In this document: one piece after another, positions 37,372 to 45,990 of the stretch
Layout: every line of letters begins with the position of its first letter
Position numbering within the stretch: the first letter of the stretch is position 1
IMG/VR virus record: IMGVR_UViG_2873337989_000001
Source of the DNA: an uncultured virus (IMG/VR IMGVR_UViG_2873337989_000001)
Lineage: Duplodnaviria > Heunggongvirae > Uroviricota > Caudoviricetes
Length of the DNA: 64,000 bases
Strand: one strand, 5' to 3'
Translations under genes and position numbers: made by a program
Notes under the pieces: generated by a model
Told to the model about the DNA's origin: nothing
Databases searched by the model: none
What the model saw: the letters and a program-made list of their open reading frames with translations, nothing else

Positions 37372-38325
37372 TTAGGCGGCTAGGAACAGGTCGAGTTGGT
37401 CGGGGGCGGCAGGCTGGACGGTCGTGGCCTGCTTGGCGGGTTGGGGGCGCTGCTGTGCGGCGCGGGCGGGGGTGGGGAACAGGTCGAGTTGGTCGGGCGT
37501 GTGGATCTCGCGCTTGGCTTCGGCGGCGGCCGTCTCGACGCGGTCGCGCCAGTCCAGGGCGAATACCTGGCAGTTGGCTTCGCTCTTGTGGCGGGTGGAG
37601 CCGCACACGGTGGGGGTGCGGCGGCCTGCGTACGACCACGCCATGCTGTCGGCGGTGGTGAGGTATCGGCCGTAGCGGCGGATACCGGCGAGCTTGACGC
37701 CGAAGCCGTGCAGGGGGAGGTCCAGTCCGGCGAGGGTGCGGAAGATGTCGCCGATCTCTTGCGTGGCTTGGCGGCGGCAGACGGAGCCGACGCCGACGAT
37801 CGGGTAGTCCTTCGCGAGGCGGACGCCGTACTTCTCGTAGAGGGTGACGCAGGCCAGGTAGTCGTCCACGGTCCAGCCCTGGATGACGGGCATGATCGGG
37901 CATTCGGTGGCGTCGCTGTACTGCGGCCACAGCTCGGTCAGGCGCACGAAGTTCTCGACGGTGCGGCGCTGGTGCTCGGCCACGGTGAGGCCGGTCTTGG
38001 CGAGCATCCACGGCTCGCACATCCAGTCCTGCGGGGCTGCCCAATCCAGGTCGGTGATCTTGTTGTCGTATCGGGTCAGCGCGCGGATGTACTCCTCGGG
38101 CGTGGTGACGAACTGGTGGTAGAGGGACAGTTCGGTGAATGCGCCGGAGTCGATGGCGATGTGGCGTCGGGGGGCGGGCCATTCGGGCGGCTTGGGGAGG
38201 GTCTTGTACGCGGTGAGGACGCGGTGGGAGAGGAACAGGCTCACGCCGGGCGGGGCGGTGGTGATCCAGTTCGGGCGGTGAGTACCGAGGTAGAAGTGCA
38301 GGTCTGTCTCGTCGTCGCAGATCAC
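37372..38325 (-). CDS. dpdA: 7-deazaguanine DNA transglycosylase (TGT-like)
   Basis: IDSGAFTE, PQDWMCEP, PVIQG, GVGSVCRR, LHGFGVK, ADSMAWS; queD nearby. Confidence 0.78.
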   Translation of the reverse strand: MICDDETDLHFYLGTHRPNWITTAPPGVSLFLSHRVLTAYKTLPKPPEWPAPRRHIAIDSGAFTELSLYHQFVTTPEEYIRALTRYDNKITDLDWAAPQDWMCEPWMLAKTGLTVAEHQRRTVENFVRLTELWPQYSDATECPIMPVIQGWTVDDYLACVTLYEKYGVRLAKDYPIVGVGSVCRRQATQEIGDIFRTLAGLDLPLHGFGVKLAGIRRYGRYLTTADSMAWSYAGRRTPTVCGSTRHKSEANCQVFALDWRDRVETAAAEAKREIHTPDQLDLFPTPARAAQQRPQPAKQATTVQPAAPDQLDLFLAA

Positions 38326-38389
38326 GGGGCTGTTCCTCCCTTCCGGGGCGGGTGGGTGGGCGGCGTGGGCAGGCGCCGCCCGGGGGAGG

Positions 38390-38593
38390 TCAGGAGTCGT
38401 ACTTGGCGGCGATCTTCTTGGCGGCCTCCAGCTCGTTGCGGAGCCGGGTGATCTCGCGGTCGTTGGCCAAGTAGATGGACATCCACAGGACGGCCATGCA
38501 GCCGAGCACGCTGGCGGTGATGTTGTCGTCCAGGAACTGCTTGATCGAGAACAGAGCGAGCAGGATGGCGGCGACGGAGAGGTAGGTCCTCAT
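38390..38593 (-). CDS. small membrane protein
   Basis: AAGGA RBS; two hydrophobic segments then coiled coil. Confidence 0.55.
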   Translation of the reverse strand: MRTYLSVAAILLALFSIKQFLDDNITASVLGCMAVLWMSIYLANDREITRLRNELEAAKKIAAKYDS

Positions 38594-38618
38594 GGGGGTT
38601 CCTTCAGGTGGGAGGGGG

Positions 38619-38978
38619 TCAGGCTGAGATCTGCTGGCGGAGGGCGCCGCGTGCGACGTAGAGGGCGGCGCGGTCGGCGAGGGCCTGTACGAGCGGGGTG
38701 GAGGCGAGCCAGGAGAGCGGGTCGGCCATGATGGCGGCGGCCTCGTCCTCAGCGGAGCGGAACACCTCGTCGTAGGCCTGGCTGTGGAACGCCGGGAGGG
38801 GCACGTCGCGCAGGGCGTTGGCGGCGGCCCGCGTGATGCCCTCGTGGTGGCGCTCGATGTAGGTGAGGACGTTGCGGGCGTCGCGCGGCTCCATGCCCGC
38901 AACCTCGATCTTGTGGCCGTACTGGTCGGTCCAGGTGTTGCTCTCGTTGAGGCGGGCGTACCAGTTCATCCGGGTCAT
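38619..38978 (-). CDS. hypothetical protein, paralog of the C-terminal domain of 38995..39834
   Basis: MNWYARL...W.D.YG...DP..W...TPLVQAL. Confidence 0.7.
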   Translation of the reverse strand: MTRMNWYARLNESNTWTDQYGHKIEVAGMEPRDARNVLTYIERHHEGITRAAANALRDVPLPAFHSQAYDEVFRSAEDEAAAIMADPLSWLASTPLVQALADRAALYVARGALRQQISA

Positions 38979-38994
38979 CGATGGTCCTTGTAGG

Positions 38995-39834
38995 TCAGGA
39001 GGCGTGGCGGGTGAGCGCTTGGGCGAGCGGAGTGGCGGAGATCCAGGCGCGCGGGTCGGGCACTGCGAGGTCGGCTTCCTGCAGCGGCGCGGGCCTGTTC
39101 GGGTCACTGGTGAGGGCGGCGGCCGGGTCGCCGAGGATGTGCCGGATCAGGTCGTTGGTGATCGTGGCGGCGTTGACGTCGAGCCAGGCGAGCGCCATGC
39201 ACGTGTCGTAGAGGTCCAGGCTGGTGATGGGCTGGTCGCGGCCGTACGGGTCGTGCCATGTCTGGGTCTGGTGGAGGCGTGCCAGCCAGTCCATGGGCCG
39301 GATCGGTACGGGCGGCTCGGCGGCTCGCCGGGGGTGGATGGGCCACAGGACGTGGACGGCTTCCCCGTCCGTGAGGTCGTGGCCCCACACGCCGTAGTGG
39401 TGCTCACCGTCCGGGTCGTAGTAGCGGTGGTCCATGACGGGGTCGAGCGGCGCGTACATGGTGTCGTCCCCGAGGCCGTCAGTCGGGATCACGACCGGCA
39501 GGTTCGGGTCGAGCAGTTCGGCGTAGGTCAGGCTCGTGGCGAGCTGGGCGACCGTGGGGGCCTTGTGGATGTCGCGGGCGGTGACGTCGTCGGAGGGGTT
39601 GCGGGTGAGGGCGGCGACGGCCGGTCCGTCGCTCGGGTTGCGGGTGAGGCGGCCAACGGGGCAGACGTGGTCGTCGGACTCGACGGTCTGGAGGTGGCCG
39701 AAGCGGATGGTCGTGGCGAGCGGGCGTGCCCAAAGGTCGACGGGTGAGGACACCATGACAGGCAGGCAGGCGAACAGGTCATGGGCGAAGATCGCGGTCA
39801 GGGCAGCGCGCAGCAGAGCGACGGTGACGATCAC
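38995..39834 (-). CDS. two-domain hypothetical protein
   Basis: GGAG RBS, GTG start; C-terminal MDWLARL...W.D.YG...TPLAQAL. Confidence 0.6.
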   Translation of the reverse strand: MIVTVALLRAALTAIFAHDLFACLPVMVSSPVDLWARPLATTIRFGHLQTVESDDHVCPVGRLTRNPSDGPAVAALTRNPSDDVTARDIHKAPTVAQLATSLTYAELLDPNLPVVIPTDGLGDDTMYAPLDPVMDHRYYDPDGEHHYGVWGHDLTDGEAVHVLWPIHPRRAAEPPVPIRPMDWLARLHQTQTWHDPYGRDQPITSLDLYDTCMALAWLDVNAATITNDLIRHILGDPAAALTSDPNRPAPLQEADLAVPDPRAWISATPLAQALTRHAS

Positions 39835-39908
39835 GGGTTGTGCTCCAGCGTGGGGAGGGGCGGCCCCCGCCCGGGAGTAGGCGGGCGGGGACCGGAGGGG
39901 CGGCCGGG

Positions 39909-40262
39909 TTAGACGAGGGCGGCGTAAAGGCGGTCGGTATCGACGCCGACCTTGTGCGCGGCGGTGATGGCGGCCATGACGATCTCGGTGCGCCACTCGA
40001 CCGTGAATGTCGTCTCGGCGATGCTGCCGTGCCGATATGTGTCCTGGCCGTCACGGATCTCGCCGGGGCCGAAGTCGCGCAGGGTGACGTCGCCGGAGCC
40101 CTCGTGGATCTCGACCTGGATGCCGTGGGCGCGGTAGACGCGGGTGAAGATCGCGTCGTAGGTGCCCATCTCCTCGGGGTCGACGCCGTGGTCGGTGAAG
40201 CCGAGGGCGGTCAGTTCGGCGGCGAGGTGACCGGCGTAGGGGCGCATGGGGTTGGTGCTCAT
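39909..40262 (-). CDS. hypothetical protein
   Basis: AAAGGA RBS; directly behind class-I promoter copy 5. Confidence 0.7.
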   Translation of the reverse strand: MSTNPMRPYAGHLAAELTALGFTDHGVDPEEMGTYDAIFTRVYRAHGIQVEIHEGSGDVTLRDFGPGEIRDGQDTYRHGSIAETTFTVEWRTEIVMAAITAAHKVGVDTDRLYAALV

Positions 40263-40302
40263 TGGGGGTCCTTTCAGTCCTGGGGCTTGTCGGTGTGAGG
40301 TC

Positions 40303-40360
40303 GGGGCCGCATCCCCTCGCTCACACTTAGAACTGTAGGGGATATTTACTGTCCTGTCTA
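40303..40360 (-). promoter_or_regulatory. class-I cassette, copy 5
   Basis: TAGACA-N17-TACAGT-TCTAAGTGTGA...GGGG-ATGCGG-CCCC. Confidence 0.72.
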
Positions 40361-40873
40361 GTCGGGTGGGCCGATCCGGTGGAACATCGCCTCAAGCTCG
40401 GCCAACAGGTCGCCGTCCTCCCCCGGTTCGTCGACCAGGAGCGCCAGCACAGCGATGTCGCGCGGCGACAGACGGCAGCCGCGTTTGCCGGTGCGGGCAG
40501 CGACCGCGACCGGCCGCAGGATCGTGGTGAAGGTGTCCAGCCGCTGCGCGAGCCGACGCCGCTCCCGATCCCCCTCACGGCGTCCGACCCGGCTCCCCAC
40601 CAGGAACGCCAGATAGGCGACCGCCATCAGCGGCAACGCCGCCACGACGAACACGCGCAGGCCCGCCTCCACGAGCTCGGCCCCGATCACGCCTGCTCCC
40701 AATGCCAGTCCAGGTAGTGCCGGTGCTGACCCGCACGGGCGGCCTGGCCGGTCGGGGCGGGCTGCCACTCGCCGAGCGTCTGGCATGGCCGCAGGAAGCA
40801 GCGCCATCGAGGCGCCGGGGCGGCGGTCTGCGTTCTGGTCTGGGTCATGGGCGGACGTGTACCGGAACGGCAC
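40358..40873 (-). CDS. membrane protein (start uncertain, probably later)
   Basis: TM segment VFVVAALPLMAVAYLAFLVG. Confidence 0.45.
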   Translation of the reverse strand: MPFRYTSAHDPDQNADRRPGASMALLPAAMPDARRVAARPDRPGRPCGSAPALPGLALGAGVIGAELVEAGLRVFVVAALPLMAVAYLAFLVGSRVGRREGDRERRRLAQRLDTFTTILRPVAVAARTGKRGCRLSPRDIAVLALLVDEPGEDGDLLAELEAMFHRIGPPD

Positions 40874-40899
40874 GCTTACGTCCTTTCGGGCTGGTCAAC

Positions 40900-40928
40900 G
40901 CGACGTAAGCCCGGTCCATCCCTACTGT
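40900..40928 (+). promoter_or_regulatory. class-II promoter motif upstream of the tail tube gene
   Basis: GCGACGTAAGCC-N11-TACTGT. Confidence 0.7.
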
Positions 40929-41005
40929 CCCCCGCTGGGTCCCCAACCTGACACACCCTCGGCCGTTCGCGCCGCGGGTGCTGAGCGGCTTAGGGGGGAC
41001 CCCGC

Positions 41006-41602
41006 ATGGGTGCCGAGAACGTCTTTATCCCGCAGCAGGCCAGGCTGTGGCTCGCGCCGGTCGGCACTACCGCCCCGGACGGGCCGGCGCCTACCATGCC
41101 GGACGGCTGGTACGACGTCGGCCTGTTCACACCCGACTCCTACAACTGGAAGACCGACCCGAAGTTCGAGGAGACCAGGGCGCACCAGTCCAACTACGCC
41201 GTCCGTAGGTGGCAGACGGAGGACGCGGCCACGATCGAGGTCAACCTCCTGGAGTGGACGCTGAGCTCGTTTAGGGCGGTGTACGGCGGCGGCACGATCG
41301 AGAAGGTCACCCCCAGCGGGGGCGGCGCTGCCTACTACAAGTTCACGCCCCCCAGCATCGGCGGCAGGACCGAGGTCGCCGCCTGCATCGAGCTGGCGGA
41401 CGGCACGCGCAAGCTGCGCCGGATGGTGCCGCGAGCCCAGCAGGTCGAGGGCGTCGAGCAGTCCTTCGAGAAGACCAGCGCCAGCACGCTGCCGCTGCGC
41501 ATGTCGGTGCTCGGCGGCGACATCGGCGCCCCGTACTACGACATGATGAACGGCGAGTGGGCCGCGTTCGCGCCGCCCACCACGCCCCCGCCCACCCCGT
41601 AA
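41006..41602 (+). CDS. phage major tail (tube) protein
   Basis: LWLAPVGTTAP...WYDVGL...AHQS...LLEW pattern; upstream of the chaperone and tape measure. Confidence 0.8.
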   Translation: MGAENVFIPQQARLWLAPVGTTAPDGPAPTMPDGWYDVGLFTPDSYNWKTDPKFEETRAHQSNYAVRRWQTEDAATIEVNLLEWTLSSFRAVYGGGTIEKVTPSGGGAAYYKFTPPSIGGRTEVAACIELADGTRKLRRMVPRAQQVEGVEQSFEKTSASTLPLRMSVLGGDIGAPYYDMMNGEWAAFAPPTTPPPTP

Positions 41603-41613
41603 CTCGAGCACCC

Positions 41614-41646
41614 GGAGGGGCCCGCCGCACCATGGCGGGCCCCTCC
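41614..41646 (+). terminator. hairpin after the tail tube gene
   Basis: GGAGGGGCCCGCC...GGCGGGCCCCTCC. Confidence 0.6.
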
Positions 41647-41683
41647 TGCCATCTTCCAGAGGCCGGGACCGCAGAGGACTACA

Positions 41684-41998
41684 TTGGCTGAGATGAAGGT
41701 GGTCAACCAGCTCGTCGCCGTCGAGACCGAGGCGGACGACGACGCCCCGTACCCGCTCGGCCGGCCAACCACGTTCACCTGGGAACGCCCAGGCGGGAAG
41801 CGCGTCTACAGGGTCCGCGAGATCCTCGGAAGCTGGGCCACCTCCCGCCTGTGGTGGACCGACAACCTGCCCCACGACGCGCCGCTCGACATCTGGCACT
41901 ACCGGCTCGAAGCCCAGTCGCCGCAAGGCTCAGGCGTGCTCGTTCTCACCCTTGACGTGGCCCGCCAGGAGTGGCGGCTGACCGGTTTCGAGGACTGA
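41684..41998 (+). CDS. DUF6504-like protein
   Basis: P..FTW...YRVREILGSW....WW...WRL...D. Confidence 0.65.
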   Translation: MAEMKVVNQLVAVETEADDDAPYPLGRPTTFTWERPGGKRVYRVREILGSWATSRLWWTDNLPHDAPLDIWHYRLEAQSPQGSGVLVLTLDVARQEWRLTGFED

Positions 41999-42016
41999 GC
42001 TTCCCATACGGGAAGC
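41999..42016. promoter_or_regulatory. palindromic site GCTTCCCATACGGGAAGC (also at 59937-59952 and 60731-60745)
   Basis: Three near-identical dyad-symmetric copies in the window. Confidence 0.6.
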
Positions 42017-42100
42017 CCTCCACCGGCCGGGGAGACGCAAGGCGAGAGTTGCTCTACCGTCCAGCCCCGATCAGCCACCTGACGATGGAGGACCACGGGG

Positions 42101-42915
42101 ATGCATGACCTCGACCTGGACCTGGACGCCGCCCGAGCGGAGCGCGGCGCGGCGGCCGCCGACTACTTCCCGCTGAAGTTCCGTAAGAAGGTCATCTGCC
42201 AGCTGCCGACAGAGCTGCCGCTCGACGTCCTCGAACCTCTCACCAACGTCGCCGTCGACCTCGGCCTGATCTTCCGGACCGCGATCGACGCCGCCAAGGC
42301 GCAGTCGCCCGAGGCCGCCACCATGTCCGTGCTCGACATGGCGGTGGACCAGTTCATCACGAACAAGCACCTGCCCGACCAGCTCATGGTGGCCGCCAAG
42401 GACATGGCCAAGCGGCTGCTCGGCGATGACGGCTTCACCGCGTTCCTGGCCGCCCGACCCTCCATCCACGACGTGGTGGCGCTCATCAAGGGCCTCATGA
42501 GGATCTACCGGCTGCGCCTGGGGGAATCCTCGCCGTCCTCCGACTCCTCGAGCGGTGGGACGACCTCGACGCCGATCTCGCCCATCACTACCCCGGGTTC
42601 GACTCCCGAGGCGCTTGGCGCCGCCCCGGCGATCCCGGCTTCTTCGGAGTACGGCGGCTACTCGCCCGAGCTGATCGGCTCCCGGCCGACTCCCTGATCC
42701 GCCTGACGGCGGAGCAGCGGGCGGATCCGTGGCCGCGCGAGTACGAGATCCTCACGCAGATCCTGGAGGAGCTGGCGGTGCTGGCGGCCGAGCATCGCAG
42801 GCCGAAACCGCGGGATGTGAAGCGGCCGGGCTGGGTGACGGGTTCGAGCGGCGGGAAGACCGGCATGGATCGAGCGTTCGCGGTGATGCAGTCGACTGCG
42901 AATGTGATCACCTGA
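42101..42915 (+). CDS. tail assembly chaperone (G: 42101..42697; GT by -1 frameshift at GGGGGAA 42520-42526, ending 42915)
   Basis: Slippery CTG GGG GAA. The -1 frame reads GILAVLRLLERWDDLDADLAHHY...ANVIT* with no internal stop. Confidence 0.8.
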
Positions 42916-42961
42916 AGGCGAAGGGGCGGACACCACGACTGGTGTCCGCCCCTTCGCCTTC
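42914..42961. terminator. long hairpin between convergent genes
   Basis: GAAGGCGAAGGGGCGGACACCA...TGGTGTCCGCCCCTTCGCCTTC. Confidence 0.7.
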
Positions 42962-43009
42962 AACCCCGAGCCGGGGCCGCGCCCACCCGGTTGATCGGCG
43001 ATGGGCGTT

Positions 43010-44014
43010 TCAGATGGGTGTGACCTGGAGGTAGGCGCCTGTGTTGACGCGCACTGTGCCGCCGGTGGAGCTCCATACGCAGTCGTCGACGTAGACGACG
43101 CCGCCGGCCGCGTGCCCGTCAGCCACTTCCATACCGATGTGCGCGTACAACTCGATCGTGTCAGCGGGCGCCACGGCCTCGATCGAGTAGTGCGTCCATG
43201 ATCCGGCCGGGAGGGGGTGCAGGTCGCTCACGCCGTCGATGCGGTTGCCCTGCGCGTCGTACCACGAGAGGCTGACTCCCGCCCGAGGGTGGCCGGTGGG
43301 CGAGTACAGCCACGCTTCGAGCCTCCAGCTGATCCCGGGTTCGGTCCCGTTCCAGTCGAATAAGACCGCGCGTTCTTCGCTGAGCGCTGCGAGTTTCCCG
43401 GAACGCTCTCCTGCGTGGGCGAAGTCTGTGCTCGCCGTGTCCAGGTCTGCGCCGTTGATCTGCCAGTACAGGGTGTCGTCGTTCTCGAAGGTGGTCTCTC
43501 GGCGGAAGGTTCCCTTGCCTACCCACAGCGCGACGGTCCCGGGCTCGAGGGCGAGGAACATCGTGTCCAATCCGCCGATGCTTTCGGTGGCGGTCGTCCA
43601 GTCGTGCACGGTGGCGTCCCACAGGTCCCCGTAGAGGGTGCGGCTCCCCGGCGTGCCGTCCTGCAGGGTCACCACTTCCGTGGTGGCGAATACCGCTGCG
43701 GGCCCGGTGAAGCCGAGGTCGGTGATCAGGCCTCGGGTGGAGATGGTCTCGGTCAGCAGGTTGAGCCGGTGAAGGCCGGGCTGCACGGGGACGGCCAGGC
43801 CGGGCAGCGCGGCCCACGTGCCGGGCTGGCCGTGCACGAAGTCGTTGGCGAGCGTCTTGCGGAAAGCGGCGGAGAACCGGCCTTCCTGCCCCGCCGCAGT
43901 GAGCTGCCGCAAGGTCCCGTCCGGTGCCGGGAAGAGGGCGACTTCCCCGGCGGCGGGCGGCTCGGGCGGGCTGGCCAGGACAGGCAGTCGCGGCACGGAC
44001 AGGTGACGGCCCAT
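43010..44014 (-). CDS. minor tail protein with carbohydrate-binding-module-like domain
   Basis: AHAGERSGKL...WYDAQG...SWTHYSIEAVAP...VYVDD; TGATG coupling. Confidence 0.6.
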   Translation of the reverse strand: MGRHLSVPRLPVLASPPEPPAAGEVALFPAPDGTLRQLTAAGQEGRFSAAFRKTLANDFVHGQPGTWAALPGLAVPVQPGLHRLNLLTETISTRGLITDLGFTGPAAVFATTEVVTLQDGTPGSRTLYGDLWDATVHDWTTATESIGGLDTMFLALEPGTVALWVGKGTFRRETTFENDDTLYWQINGADLDTASTDFAHAGERSGKLAALSEERAVLFDWNGTEPGISWRLEAWLYSPTGHPRAGVSLSWYDAQGNRIDGVSDLHPLPAGSWTHYSIEAVAPADTIELYAHIGMEVADGHAAGGVVYVDDCVWSSTGGTVRVNTGAYLQVTPI

Positions 44015-45177
44015 CAGGAGGTCACCACCATCCGCACCGCCCCGGCCGCGACCGCGATGTCTGCGCGGACGGCGATCGTGTTCGCGTCGATGGTCTTGGA
44101 GTCGAGGCGGACGTGCTCCTTGGTCGTGGCGTCGCGGAAGCTCGGCTCGGTGACGTCTTCGGTGCCGAGGCCGTGGACGACGTTGGCCCACACGCCGGGT
44201 GTGAGGGCGGGCAGCGCGGCCGCGAAGGAGCCGCCGACGCCGAGCGCGGCCCGTGCGGCGGCCGCGGTGGTGGCGCCGGTGCCGCCTTTGGCGATCGGCA
44301 CCAGGCCCACGGTGATGCTGTCGGGGTTGACGGTGATCGAGGTGTCGGCGGCGACCACGTCGAGGTTGGCGCCGTTCTGGGCGAGGCCTGCGCCCGCCCC
44401 TCCGCCGCCACCACCGGCGAACTGTGCCCAGCTGATGGGGGTGGTGCCGGGGGTGATGGCGCCGTTGGTGGAGATCGCCCATCCGGTCTCGGCCAGCGTG
44501 GTGCCCTCGCTGACGAACACGAATGTGTTCGGCGCGAGCTGGTCGGTGGTGCGCGCCCACGCCCCCGCAGCCGCGGTGTAGAGGCCGTTGTCCGCGGCGT
44601 TGGTCTGGGCTTTGACGAGCACCCGGTCACCGGCCTGGAGGGTGACGCCGTCGATCGTCTGGAGGCCGGTCAGGGTGACGTTGGCGAGCGTGCCCGCTCG
44701 TACGGCGGGCTTCACGCTGATGCCGGCGGCGGCGGCCTGCACGTCGGCCAGGCGGGCGGCGTCGTTCGGACCCTGGGGCGCGCCGACGTTGATCCATCGG
44801 TAGCCGCCCGCGTTCAAGTCCGCGCCAGGGGTGGCGAACTGGTCGAGCCGGTTGGCGCGCACCTGCGCTTGGAAGTCGCTAATCGTGCTGGCGGGCTGGG
44901 TACCGGTGTGGTTGCTGCGGGAGAGCGGGTCGGTCGCGAGCTTGGACAGGCTGATGCCGGCCCCGGCGGCGATCTTCGCGTTCGTGACCGCGCCGTCCGC
45001 GACGTCGTCGAACGCCGTCCAAGAGCCGCCGCTGGTGCGCCACTTCGCGCGGCCGCTGGCGGTGTCGCCCCACAGCTCGAACGTGACTGGGGCGGCGGGT
45101 TCGGCACCCGATGACGGCAGCACCAGGCCGGTCGGCGGGATCTGGTTGAAGCGGTGCTGTGAGTACCAGTTCGGCAT
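44014..45177 (-). CDS. tail fibre-like protein
   Basis: ANVTLTGLQTIDGVTLQAGDRVLVKAQTNAADNGLY...GAWAR and PIAKGGTGATTAAAARAALG fibre motifs. Confidence 0.8.
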   Translation of the reverse strand: MPNWYSQHRFNQIPPTGLVLPSSGAEPAAPVTFELWGDTASGRAKWRTSGGSWTAFDDVADGAVTNAKIAAGAGISLSKLATDPLSRSNHTGTQPASTISDFQAQVRANRLDQFATPGADLNAGGYRWINVGAPQGPNDAARLADVQAAAAGISVKPAVRAGTLANVTLTGLQTIDGVTLQAGDRVLVKAQTNAADNGLYTAAAGAWARTTDQLAPNTFVFVSEGTTLAETGWAISTNGAITPGTTPISWAQFAGGGGGGAGAGLAQNGANLDVVAADTSITVNPDSITVGLVPIAKGGTGATTAAAARAALGVGGSFAAALPALTPGVWANVVHGLGTEDVTEPSFRDATTKEHVRLDSKTIDANTIAVRADIAVAAGAVRMVVTS

Positions 45178-45195
45178 GACGGTCCCCCGGTTGGA

Positions 45196-45546
45196 TCAGG
45201 TGAGGCGGAGCGTGCCGGCCATCGGCACAGCCCAGGTGACGCGCACGGTGTGCTCGTCGGGGTATGACGGGTCGCCCTCGATCCGCTGCCCGCCGCTGGT
45301 GAAGCACGTGATGTTCGGCTGGCGGGCGAGTGGGTGTGACGCCTCCCATACGTCGGCTGGTGCGGCGAACACGACGTCGTGTTCGTAGGCGCCGCCTTCG
45401 GGTCCTGGCGGGCCGGGCTCGCCGCGTGGGCCTGCTGGTCCTTGGATGCCGGGCAGGCGGACGTGTACGAGGGTGGGCCGGGTCTCGACGTGGATGAGGG
45501 TGCGCTGCTCGACGGTGGAGACGATCACGGGGGTGTGCAGGGTCAC
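45196..45546 (-). CDS. small fibre-associated protein with short collagen-like stretch
   Basis: GIQGPAGPRGEPGPPGPEG; W...H.L...P. Confidence 0.65.
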   Translation of the reverse strand: MTLHTPVIVSTVEQRTLIHVETRPTLVHVRLPGIQGPAGPRGEPGPPGPEGGAYEHDVVFAAPADVWEASHPLARQPNITCFTSGGQRIEGDPSYPDEHTVRVTWAVPMAGTLRLT

Positions 45547-45893
45547 AGCGTCACCCCTGGCTTGACCGTGACCGGCCCTTCGATGAGCCGGTTGTCGTCG
45601 CCGCCCGGCGGGGTGAGGAGCAGGTCGTAGACGCCGCGATCCCAGGCGAAGGCGCGGGTGACGGCTGCAGGGAGGCGGAGCTGGAGGTGGCCCGCTGGCC
45701 CGTCGATGGTGATGCCGCCGCCCTGGTCACTGGTGAGCCGGTGCAGCAGGGTCTGCGAGCCGGGGCACGGCCGGATTTCCATGCGGGCGGTGTAGCCGGT
45801 CAGGTTCACGGTCCCGGCGTCGTCTGACAGGGCGAGCTCGTGCTCGAACGTGGCGCCCTGCTCGATGAGCAGGGCCAGGGATGCGGCAGTCAC
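45543..45893 (-). CDS. fibre adaptor/baseplate-like Ig-fold protein
   Basis: IEQGATF...NLTGYTARMEIR...GVYDL...LIEGPVTV. Confidence 0.7.
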   Translation of the reverse strand: MTAASLALLIEQGATFEHELALSDDAGTVNLTGYTARMEIRPCPGSQTLLHRLTSDQGGGITIDGPAGHLQLRLPAAVTRAFAWDRGVYDLLLTPPGGDDNRLIEGPVTVKPGVTL

Positions 45894-45990
45894 GGCCGGG
45901 ATGGTGCCAGAGGGCTGGCGTTTATGTCCCTCCGCGCGACGTTAGCGCCGGTTTCCGCGACCCTCCCTCCGGCTTTTCGGGGGGTGGGGC

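Noticed and set aside
43010..45893. Invertible tail-fibre cassette (Gin/Cin type)
   Set aside because: No flanking inverted repeats or serine invertase seen; the block has its own promoter-like motif and terminator.
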